Part shown: piece by piece, positions 28,044-36,648 of the stretch | Layout: each line of letters opens with the position of its first letter | Numbering within the stretch: position 1 is the first letter of the stretch | Source: an uncultured Candidatus Poseidoniales archaeon | Lineage (GTDB): Archaea; Thermoplasmatota; Poseidoniia; Poseidoniales; Thalassarchaeaceae | Length of the DNA stretch: 64,000 nt | Direction: 5' to 3' | NCBI GenBank assembly: GCA_963934165.1 | Contig: CAWVXH010000004.1 | Coordinates: 19,812-83,811 of the forward strand | Program-made: the position numbers and the translations under genes | Notes under the pieces: model-generated | What the model was told of the DNA's origin: nothing | Database searches by the model: none | What the model saw: the letters and a program-made list of their open reading frames with translations, nothing else

Positions 28044-29300
28044 TCAGACAGATGGCTCAGATGGAATAATTGGAAATTGTTCTGTCGCAACTCTCTCAAA
28101 GCGTCGAAACGATGGAACGATTATTCCAATTATCGTCGAAGCAACCATAATCGAAACGGCGATGAATACTGTTGCAGTTAAACCAATTCCATCAATCAAA
28201 TATCCCCCCATAATCGGAGCGAATGGAATAAATAAGAATGAACCGATAGCATCAATCGAATTGACTCTTCCTCGAAGATGTTGATCTACGCTATCACCAA
28301 TCGTAGTATTCCATATCACTCCAAGGACTCCTATGATTAATCCTTGAACTAGTGCGATAAGTAAAATGCCGAAGAACCAAGGTGTCATTACATAGAGAAT
28401 ATCAAGCCAAGCAGCTATGCTAACTGTAACATAAAATATTGTTCCACGGATTGATTTCGGAATTGGTTTAGATCCTGCATACAATGCTCCGATAGCAGCG
28501 CCAATAGGAGTCGTAGCCCCCCATAATCCATAATGAATTGCATTCCAATCATTTTTTTGGACAATAAAAGGAATGCCGATGTCCATCACTGCACCTCCAA
28601 TGTGGAATACCATGAAAGCTAAAATACCAACCAATAGCCATGGTTGACTTAGGACGAAATCTCCTGCTAACTTCATTTCAGTTTTGAAATCTCCACCGTC
28701 TCCATTTTCTTCTAGTTTTTTAATTGGTACCTCGTCAATCTGCATCAAAAATGCAGCGCTAATCAAAAAGGTTAGCAAATCGATCCAAAGGGCGAATTGA
28801 AGCCCAAAAAAATGAATTGCTAATCCACCGACTAATCCTCCAATAGACCAAGCAGCAGTACGGGAGGCATTGTGTAATCCAGTTGCTGCAGCCAAAGTTT
28901 CTTCATCAACTAAATCTGGGACGAGTGCCTGAATTGCGGGCATCGAAAAAGCAGTCGAAGCACCCATTATAATAGAGGCAAAAATCATTACTTTTACGAT
29001 ATCAATTCCGATAATTAGCATCATTATGAATACAAATGCAGAAACCGCTTGAATCAAATCCATGGCTAATGCGACTCTTTTTCTTGGCACTCGATCAACT
29101 AACATCCCCCCTACCATAATCAGAGGGAGATGTGCAAGAAAATATGCAGTCATTATCATGCCAAAGGCTTTCGGACCACCAATTTCTGCAACTTTCCAAC
29201 CCACTGCTGTCATGAAAGTTGCCCGGCCGAATTTACTAGCGGTATCACCCAGCACAAATAGGCGGAAATCGCGAATTACCCATGCGTCACTCAAAGCCAT
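28044..29300 (-). CDS. MFS transporter
   Basis: About 12 hydrophobic segments and an MFS loop motif GGMLVDRVPRKRV. Start chosen at MALSDAWVIRDFRLF. The maximal ORF extends to 29369. Confidence 0.75.
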   Translation of the reverse strand: MALSDAWVIRDFRLFVLGDTASKFGRATFMTAVGWKVAEIGGPKAFGMIMTAYFLAHLPLIMVGGMLVDRVPRKRVALAMDLIQAVSAFVFIMMLIIGIDIVKVMIFASIIMGASTAFSMPAIQALVPDLVDEETLAAATGLHNASRTAAWSIGGLVGGLAIHFFGLQFALWIDLLTFLISAAFLMQIDEVPIKKLEENGDGGDFKTEMKLAGDFVLSQPWLLVGILAFMVFHIGGAVMDIGIPFIVQKNDWNAIHYGLWGATTPIGAAIGALYAGSKPIPKSIRGTIFYVTVSIAAWLDILYVMTPWFFGILLIALVQGLIIGVLGVIWNTTIGDSVDQHLRGRVNSIDAIGSFLFIPFAPIMGGYLIDGIGLTATVFIAVSIMVASTIIGIIVPSFRRFERVATEQFPIIPSEPSV

Positions 29301-29555
29301 GACTGTTCGCCCAACATTGGGCACTTGAATCAATGGGGATTTAATTATCCAATTAATAAGCAAAAACAAGTCATTTGAGAAGTTTCATCCTATTGGGGGA
29401 CGGACTTTTGGGCAAATGTATAGTAAATCGACAAAACATTAGTCGAATGTATATTATTATCAATTATTAATGTTCGTTAGGTCAATAAATTGAGATTTTC
29501 ATGTCTATTTGAGCCAATGATTATAGTCGAATTGACTCCGCGTTAGAAGTATAGG

Positions 29556-31067
29556 ATGAATTCTATGTTGACATCGGAGAAAGCGAGTGGTTCAGTTATT
29601 TCAGAAGGTCGATTGTCTATGGAATCATTCGAGACAGAATCGGCACGTCGAGGGAGACAGATGGCTGATCTTTATCATCGCTATGGCATCGATACCGAAG
29701 AGATAGATGATGTACAATCTTTACCAATTCGATTCCTTGTCGAAGTCGGGAAGGTTGGCCTGGCAAAGTATATTTTCAAAGAAATAATTCACTACAAAGG
29801 AAACGCTGAGGTCATATTGTCTAGGCCTTGTACTTACGGTGTCTTCTCTGGGCCAGTCGGGGGTTTTTCCCCTCGTCCTCATCTTTGCGTAGGATGTTTA
29901 CGATGCACAATCCAACACCCAGAATTTGTCAAAGTTTTGCCAAATCCTGAACGGCTTTCACTGGGTGATTCATACACCACACATGGGCACATTGCTGCGA
30001 TTGATGAAGAGGCGAAGAAAGGCATGGTTCCAGTTCGTGGGCAGGGTTATCGGGGTAGATTTGGTGGCCCTGGATTTGATGGGATGTTAACTGATATGTC
30101 GGAGATTGTTCGACCGAGCAGAGATGGAATTCATGGGCGTGAATTAATTGGAACTTCGGTTGACATCGGCTCTAAACCAATGCACCTATCCTTTGATGAA
30201 AAAGGTGAAATAAAAGGAATACAACCTAAAATGTTCAGCATCCAAGTACCATTTATATTCGACCTTCCACCAGGTAATTTGGGCACTGAAAAATTGATTC
30301 GAGTAATCGATTTAACGAGTAAAGGGATTGATACTTTAGCATGTGTAAATAGTAGTGATGTTGAACGAATGGCAATTGATTCTGCAAATATTATTCCAGT
30401 TCTTTCAATTGATGAGGCCGAAAAGTCCTCGAATTACCCCAATGCTCGCCTTATTCAATTAGATGGATGGGATAGTTCAGCAGTAGATAAAGCACGTTCG
30501 GTTAGTGACGCTATGATAGGTGTAAGGATAAAATTCGAAGAAGGATGGCAACTTCGACTCGATTCTGCGGTAAATTATGGTGTTGAAGTGATTCACCTGC
30601 TAGCAGACCTACATGGTAGAGGTGAAGATGGCCAATTCGTCACCGAATTATTCAAAGAAGCTCATTTGAGATTAATCGAGCAAGGTCGTCGCGACCTTGT
30701 GACATTAATTGGTGCCGGCGGAATTGTTGGAGCCGACCACGTTCCTAAATCGATAATCAGTGGGCTTGATGCAGTTGCACTAGATCTTCCAGTTCTTTTC
30801 GCATTACAAGGTCGTTCAGATGGATCACTGGTTGAAAGAGCAGGAGTAATCGGTAATTTACCAAATAAAATGGATGAAGGATGGGCCGAACAACGATTGA
30901 CCAACCTTTGTGGAAGTTGGCGAGATCAATTGCTCGAAATTCTCGGTGCGATGGGAATTAGAGAAGTGCGTCGACTCCGTGGTGAATTCGGGCGTTCGAT
31001 GATAGTTGAACACCTTGAGGATGAAGCTTTTGAAGGAATAGCAGGTTATGTCGGAGGTGGTAATTAA
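29556..31067 (+). CDS. Glutamate-synthase-related protein: divergent FMN-barrel-like paralog with an N-terminal Cys cluster
   Basis: C-x21-CVGCLRC cluster. The C-terminal TLIGAGGIVGADHVPKSIISGLDAVALD parallels TLIASGGIRTADDMAKAIALGADGCVLG in the next ORF. There is a 1-nt overlap with the next gene. Confidence 0.55.
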   Translation: MNSMLTSEKASGSVISEGRLSMESFETESARRGRQMADLYHRYGIDTEEIDDVQSLPIRFLVEVGKVGLAKYIFKEIIHYKGNAEVILSRPCTYGVFSGPVGGFSPRPHLCVGCLRCTIQHPEFVKVLPNPERLSLGDSYTTHGHIAAIDEEAKKGMVPVRGQGYRGRFGGPGFDGMLTDMSEIVRPSRDGIHGRELIGTSVDIGSKPMHLSFDEKGEIKGIQPKMFSIQVPFIFDLPPGNLGTEKLIRVIDLTSKGIDTLACVNSSDVERMAIDSANIIPVLSIDEAEKSSNYPNARLIQLDGWDSSAVDKARSVSDAMIGVRIKFEEGWQLRLDSAVNYGVEVIHLLADLHGRGEDGQFVTELFKEAHLRLIEQGRRDLVTLIGAGGIVGADHVPKSIISGLDAVALDLPVLFALQGRSDGSLVERAGVIGNLPNKMDEGWAEQRLTNLCGSWRDQLLEILGAMGIREVRRLRGEFGRSMIVEHLEDEAFEGIAGYVGGGN

Positions 31068-32386
31068 TGACGATTGTAAAACCTAGTGATATTCTAATTG
31101 AGAAGACGACAAATCTGCTACAAAATGGGATGAATGCACGAGCTTTTGGCGACTTTGGTGTCCCTGAAGCATTGGGTGATGCCCGTTGGACGGATGAGTT
31201 AATTCTCTCGACTTGGCACATGGCAGAAACAGGTAAAATTCCTGAAAAATTAAATTTCAAAACCGGAAATTCAGGTGGTGGATTTGACCGACTTAAATTC
31301 CAATTCCTCGATGAATCCGAATGGCTCGAGCATTCTGAAAAAATTTCAACGAAACTCGATTTGAATCGCCGCGGAGATGAGAAGAACAAGATTTCCATCG
31401 ACATCCCATGGTATGGCGGCGGGATGTCATACGGGTCGGTCTCGGTTAACGTAATGATGTCACGAGCCCGAAATGCTCGGAGATGGAATTCCTTCATCTC
31501 GACCGGTGAAGGTGGTTATCCTACTGAATTAAGAGAGGTTGAAGAGAATGTTATCACCCAGGTTGCTACAGGATACTTCGGTGTCGAAGAGGATACGATT
31601 CAAGCTGCACCGATTATTGAATTCAAGTATGCACAGGGAGCAAAGCCAGGGCTTGGAGGACATTTATTGGCTGCAAAAGCCGGAGAGGAAGTCGCGAAAT
31701 TACGGGGCAGTGTTCCTTTTGTTAGCCTATTCAGCCCCTTCCCATTCCATTCGACTTATTCTGTTGAAGATCACTCTAAACACTTGGACTGGATAGAGAC
31801 AGTCAACCCAAAGGCCTTGCTTTCTGTCAAGGTGAGTACACCTCACGACGTCGATATGGTCGCTATCGGTTCATTCTATGCTGGCGCTCATATTATACAT
31901 CTGGACGGCGGTTATGGTGGCACAGGTGCGGCCCCGGAAATTGCTAAGAAAAATATCGCAATGCCGATTGAGTTGGCTATTCCTAAAGTCCACAAATTCC
32001 TCGTTGCCGAGGGGGTTAGAGATAAGGTGACACTCATCGCTAGTGGAGGAATTCGAACGGCTGATGATATGGCAAAAGCGATCGCTCTAGGTGCAGATGG
32101 TTGTGTCCTCGGAACAACTGATTTGGTTGGCCTTGGTTGCACACGTTGTTCAAATTGTGAAGGTGGCCCCTCTGGCCGTGGATGCCCATGGGGATTAACC
32201 ACAACCGATATCGAATTACAAGAATGGGTGCCTCAAGATTGGGCTGTTCAGCGACTTGATAATCTCTACGGCGCTATGCAGTGGCGAATGCGAGAAATCC
32301 TTCGTAAACTCGGTCTTGATGATGTAACTCAATTGCGTGGTCGAACTGATCTATTACAATATATTCCTGAGGAGGCGAGCGAATGA
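31067..32386 (+). CDS. Glutamate synthase FMN-binding domain protein (GltB domain 2-like)
   Basis: EFKYAQGAKPGLGGHLLAAK, HLDGGYGGTGAAP, ASGGIRTADDMAKAIALGAD and the Cys cluster GCTRCSNCEGGPSGRGCPWG. Confidence 0.85.
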   Translation: MTIVKPSDILIEKTTNLLQNGMNARAFGDFGVPEALGDARWTDELILSTWHMAETGKIPEKLNFKTGNSGGGFDRLKFQFLDESEWLEHSEKISTKLDLNRRGDEKNKISIDIPWYGGGMSYGSVSVNVMMSRARNARRWNSFISTGEGGYPTELREVEENVITQVATGYFGVEEDTIQAAPIIEFKYAQGAKPGLGGHLLAAKAGEEVAKLRGSVPFVSLFSPFPFHSTYSVEDHSKHLDWIETVNPKALLSVKVSTPHDVDMVAIGSFYAGAHIIHLDGGYGGTGAAPEIAKKNIAMPIELAIPKVHKFLVAEGVRDKVTLIASGGIRTADDMAKAIALGADGCVLGTTDLVGLGCTRCSNCEGGPSGRGCPWGLTTTDIELQEWVPQDWAVQRLDNLYGAMQWRMREILRKLGLDDVTQLRGRTDLLQYIPEEASE

Positions 32387-34962
32387 TCGACCCGAACGTG
32401 ATAATGGATGCTCGGCGTCGAATGACTGCTCGCCATCCAAAATTTGAGCGCCGTGATGAAGATGCTGCTGAAGGCGGTTGCGGAGTTGTCGGTCTAGCCT
32501 GCGAAATTCCGGTTGCCGGCCGACATCTTTTCGATTCTTTAGAACAGATGCGTAATCGCGGAAACGGCAAAGGAGGCGGTGTTGCAATGGTTGGGTTGAA
32601 CCCCACTGATTTCGGTGTCAATCAAGAAATTCTTGACAATAATTATCTTTATGCAGTCGCATATCTTGACAGTAGTGTTCGCACTGCTGTTGAAGAAAAA
32701 TTCATTAATGAAAATTTTGAATTAATCCATGTTCACGACATGCCAACTCTGTCATCTTGGGAGAACGATTTACTTGCCTTAGATGTTCGCCCACCTGATG
32801 TAGTGGTATATTTCGTTAAACCTCGGAAATATAAAGTCGATGAGTTTATTGAATCTAGATTAGATGCTATCATCGATGCTTCCGACCGGGAAGCGGTCGA
32901 ACAAGAATTCGTCTTCCATGCAACTCATGAATTGAATGTGGAATTTTACGCAAAAGATGGCAGAACAGATGCCTTTGTTTTGAGTCATGGTAGAGACATG
33001 TTAATTCTGAAAATTGTCGGATATGCGGAAGACGTCATCAAGTATTATTGTCTTAATGATGTTACTTCTCACGTTTGGATTGGACATCACAGATATCCAA
33101 CTCGAGGAAGGGTCACACATCCGGGGGGTGCACATCCGTTCGGGCAGGGGATCGATGCTGCACTCGTTCACAATGGTGATTTTTCTAATTATGTTTCAGT
33201 GAAGGATTACTTGGCACAAAGGGGAATGGAGCCACTTTTCTTCACTGATACTGAAGTTGCTGCACTGGCTTATGATTTACACCGTCGAGTCTATGGTTAT
33301 TCTACTGAGCATGTGATAGAGAGTCTCGCACCAACTAGTGAACTCGATTTTATCATGCTTCCAGAAGAAAAGCAAGTTGTTTACGAGGCGATTCAGAAAA
33401 CCCATATTCACGGCTCGCCAGATGGCCCATGGTTTTTCATCATCGCACAGTCAAGTGGTACCACCCACCAATTGCTTGGGATTACTGACACTTCGATGCT
33501 GCGCCCGCAGGTATTTGCATATCAGCGTGGTGAGGTTGGAATTGCATTCTGTGGTTCGGAGAAACAAGTCATCGATGCAGTTCTCGATAGTTTAGCTAGT
33601 GAAGATACACGATTTTGGCGCAGAGCCGATGAATATTGGAACGCCAGAGGTGGTTCATACACCGATGGCGGGGCCTTCGTTTTCGATGTAGTTCCAAAAT
33701 CAGATGGCTCAAAGGAGTTGATAATGTCGGATAAATTTGGTAAGATAGTCAATACTCACCCTAATGGTGATTTCGAATTAACTTCCGCAACAGAGCAATC
33801 TGGAGTCGATATTTCTGGTGAGGGACAAGTGGTTTTCAATTCTGTTATCGAAGCATTACCTCATCTCGGTTGGGGCGAGGCTCGTGCTGTTTTGGATGAA
33901 ATTGAAGCCAATGTGAAAACTGCTGGACGAATGTGGGGTTGGGATATATTGACGTTATTGTTGGATAGAAAATACGACACTGGCTCACTTCGTTCCAGTC
34001 GTTGGTTCGATTTCGTTGAATCAAAACTTGTCAGAATAATCGCTTCATCTTCATCTCACCCTTGTGAAAATTACGTTGGCCAGAAGACGATAGGTCATCG
34101 TCCGAAACCGACTCATTCGAGCCAATCATTCGTTATCGATGCTAGAGGATATCCAATCGAAGGGTTAAATTCCTTCGCCCGGGAACTAGTGTCTCTATAC
34201 GAAATTGGCTGGATGAACTTCGTAATTCTTCATTGCCGTGGTCATCGCTTCATCGGTAATGGATTTGGGGCTAATACCGATGGTGTTCGAATCGATGTCT
34301 TCGGTGCTGTGGGGGATTATCTTGGCAGCGGTAATGATGGAATGATTATTCATATGCATGGAAATGGCCAAGATCAGATTGGCCAGATACATAAATCAGG
34401 AGAGTTGATCGTCCACGGAGATGTAGGTCAGTGCTACGGTTATGGTTCGAAGGGTGGGAAATTATTCATTCTTGGAAATGCTGCAGGACGCCCTATGATT
34501 AATAGTGTGGGAAGTCCTAAATTAGTCATCAATGGTACTGCTTTAGATTATCTTGCTGAGTCATTTATGGCTGGAGATCCTCTAGATGGTGGTGGATTTG
34601 TGATTGTGAATGGAATGCAATTTGACGAGAGAGGTGAACTAATTTCTCTCGAAACACCATACCCTGGTGGAAATCTATTCTCTCTTGCAAGCGGAGGCGC
34701 GATTTACATACGCGATCCGCGCCAAAGATTATCTGATTCACAACTAAATGGTGGTGCATTTACCGATATGACCGATGCTGATTGGGAAGTTGTTCAACCA
34801 ATTCTCTATAGAAATCAGGAACATTTTGGCATATCATTACAGCGTTTGCTAACCGTTGAGGGAGAAATTCGAAGCCCGGCTGAAGTTTACAGAAAAATCA
34901 TCCCTGTGAAATCGAAGATCCTGCATGCAGAAGCAGCATGGGCTGGACATGCTGTCAATTGA
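32383..34962 (+). CDS. Fusion of a class-II (Ntn) glutamine amidotransferase domain and a GXGXG beta-helix domain (GltB domains 1 and 3-like)
   Basis: GGCGVVGL (candidate Ntn Cys after a ~33-aa propeptide), HHRYPTRG and HNGDFSNY. The C-terminal part reads GHRFIGNGFG..DVFGAVGDYLGSGNDGMIIHMHGNGQDQIG..VHGDVGQCYGYGSKGGKLFILGNAG. Confidence 0.8.
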   Translation: MIDPNVIMDARRRMTARHPKFERRDEDAAEGGCGVVGLACEIPVAGRHLFDSLEQMRNRGNGKGGGVAMVGLNPTDFGVNQEILDNNYLYAVAYLDSSVRTAVEEKFINENFELIHVHDMPTLSSWENDLLALDVRPPDVVVYFVKPRKYKVDEFIESRLDAIIDASDREAVEQEFVFHATHELNVEFYAKDGRTDAFVLSHGRDMLILKIVGYAEDVIKYYCLNDVTSHVWIGHHRYPTRGRVTHPGGAHPFGQGIDAALVHNGDFSNYVSVKDYLAQRGMEPLFFTDTEVAALAYDLHRRVYGYSTEHVIESLAPTSELDFIMLPEEKQVVYEAIQKTHIHGSPDGPWFFIIAQSSGTTHQLLGITDTSMLRPQVFAYQRGEVGIAFCGSEKQVIDAVLDSLASEDTRFWRRADEYWNARGGSYTDGGAFVFDVVPKSDGSKELIMSDKFGKIVNTHPNGDFELTSATEQSGVDISGEGQVVFNSVIEALPHLGWGEARAVLDEIEANVKTAGRMWGWDILTLLLDRKYDTGSLRSSRWFDFVESKLVRIIASSSSHPCENYVGQKTIGHRPKPTHSSQSFVIDARGYPIEGLNSFARELVSLYEIGWMNFVILHCRGHRFIGNGFGANTDGVRIDVFGAVGDYLGSGNDGMIIHMHGNGQDQIGQIHKSGELIVHGDVGQCYGYGSKGGKLFILGNAAGRPMINSVGSPKLVINGTALDYLAESFMAGDPLDGGGFVIVNGMQFDERGELISLETPYPGGNLFSLASGGAIYIRDPRQRLSDSQLNGGAFTDMTDADWEVVQPILYRNQEHFGISLQRLLTVEGEIRSPAEVYRKIIPVKSKILHAEAAWAGHAVN

Positions 34963-34965
34963 TTT

Positions 34966-36264
34966 TCAGAATCGCTTCGCTGAGTAATAAGATAAATCAA
35001 AGTCTGAAGAAATCCCTTCTACCATGTCCGAAACTAACTTTCCAGTTTGTGGCGCCATCGACATTCCTTGCATGTTATGTCCGGCAGCGATGATTAGATT
35101 GTCATGCTTTGGAGAATAATCAATGATTGGCATTCCATCTGGCGTCATCGGTCTCCAACCATACCATTTATCCTGGATCAAACGCTCACCCGGTGCTCGT
35201 AAGTATCGTTTTGCTCCACGTTTTAAAGCTTCAATTCTTGAATGATTTATCTTCTTGTTGAGCCCAGAAAATTCCATAGTTCCACCTAGTCTTAATCCAC
35301 TTTTCCAGGGAGTCACGGCCATACTTGATTCGCTTAGAATCAGTGGTGTATCAACACATCCTTCTGGTCTTTCTAAAGTGATACTATACCCTTTTCCGGG
35401 TTGAATTGGAATTTTTATCCCAAGTCTTTTCCCAAGTTTAGGGGTCCATGAGCCAGTTGCGAGGACATAGTTTTCAGAACTGTATTCTCCATTCGAAGTT
35501 TTCACTGATGTGATCTTGTTCTGTTTTGATTCGAATGACTCAACTTGACAATTTTCAAGAATTTCCACTCCTGAAGATTCCACATGATTTCGCATACCGA
35601 TCATTATATTTTCTGGCCGCATTTGTGCGTCAATATCGTAAAACCATCCTCCGTACAAGCCAGATTTTAAACCCGGTTCGAGCTCTAAAAGTTCCTCTCC
35701 AATAAATTCTCTACCTACTAAATTAATATCATCTAACATTCGTTGGAGTGGTATAAATTTATTGAAATCGGATTTAGTTGCATGGACTTGAATACAGCCC
35801 TTTTCTTCAAACTCGATATCAAAACCGTCTATTTCAGCCCATTCATTCCACATCGGCCGGGATTCATCCAAGAGTTGTTGACGGCCGAGCATCGCTCGTT
35901 TCATGGAGGCATTATTACACTGGCCTGCGGTTTTTACAAACCAAGTCAGGGTAGCCCAATCCATAATTGGATTAATATAGAGCGGAGAGTCTTTTTTGAC
36001 CATCATTTTCATTGCTTTCAAAATTAAACCAGGCTGAGGAAGTGGTAAAGCATGACTTGGTGAGATCAAACCACAATTTTCTCTAGATGAACCGTTGGCG
36101 ATATTTCCTTGCTCAATAACTCTTACTGAATAGCCACTATTGCTCAGATAATAAGCACAGGAAAGGCCGATGATTCCTCCACCAATAATTGTGATATCTT
36201 TCGATTCTGAATCAAAAAGACAATCATCTCTCTCATTCATAGATTTGCGATTTGAATCAAGCAT
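34966..36264 (-). CDS. FAD-dependent oxidoreductase, D-amino-acid dehydrogenase (DadA)-like
   Basis: DITIIGGGIIGLSCAYYLSNSGYSVRVIEQ Rossmann motif and C-terminal IIAAGHNMQGMSMAPQTGKLVSDMV, as in the DadA/DAO family. Confidence 0.75.
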   Translation of the reverse strand: MLDSNRKSMNERDDCLFDSESKDITIIGGGIIGLSCAYYLSNSGYSVRVIEQGNIANGSSRENCGLISPSHALPLPQPGLILKAMKMMVKKDSPLYINPIMDWATLTWFVKTAGQCNNASMKRAMLGRQQLLDESRPMWNEWAEIDGFDIEFEEKGCIQVHATKSDFNKFIPLQRMLDDINLVGREFIGEELLELEPGLKSGLYGGWFYDIDAQMRPENIMIGMRNHVESSGVEILENCQVESFESKQNKITSVKTSNGEYSSENYVLATGSWTPKLGKRLGIKIPIQPGKGYSITLERPEGCVDTPLILSESSMAVTPWKSGLRLGGTMEFSGLNKKINHSRIEALKRGAKRYLRAPGERLIQDKWYGWRPMTPDGMPIIDYSPKHDNLIIAAGHNMQGMSMAPQTGKLVSDMVEGISSDFDLSYYSAKRF

Positions 36265-36321
36265 ATCATCACATCGGTATGCGAAGAATTTTGAAGGTAA
36301 ATCGTTCTGAGATATTTGTAG

Positions 36322-36516
36322 GTGGTTCGGGTGCCGAAGGTTAAGCGACCAAAGAAAGGATGGTTTCGCCCGACTAAAATGAAAAAGCGCCGCGGCCCTT
36401 TGGTTGCACCGAGTGAACGTGGTTTACCACCTTGCCCTGCATGTGGAGAATGGAGTATGCAAAGGGATGCTAAGCGGAACGAGATGTTTTGTGGAAATTG
36501 CGGGGCAATCGTTTAA
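36322..36516 (+). CDS. Small basic protein with a C-terminal zinc ribbon (TFIIB-ribbon-like)
   Basis: GTG start, basic N-terminus (KVKRPKKGWFRPTKMKKRR), then CPACGEWSMQRDAKRNEMFCGNCG. Confidence 0.45.
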   Translation: MVRVPKVKRPKKGWFRPTKMKKRRGPLVAPSERGLPPCPACGEWSMQRDAKRNEMFCGNCGAIV

Positions 36517-36648
36517 TCGAGCAGATTCTAGCGAAATTCAATTTACTTGACCCCGACTTCAACATCTGTCGCAGTGATGAAGAACAGCACCGGGTGCCTT
36601 GGGCATCTCGAGTGATGGGCGATCTGAGCGGCAATATCCGGAATAATT

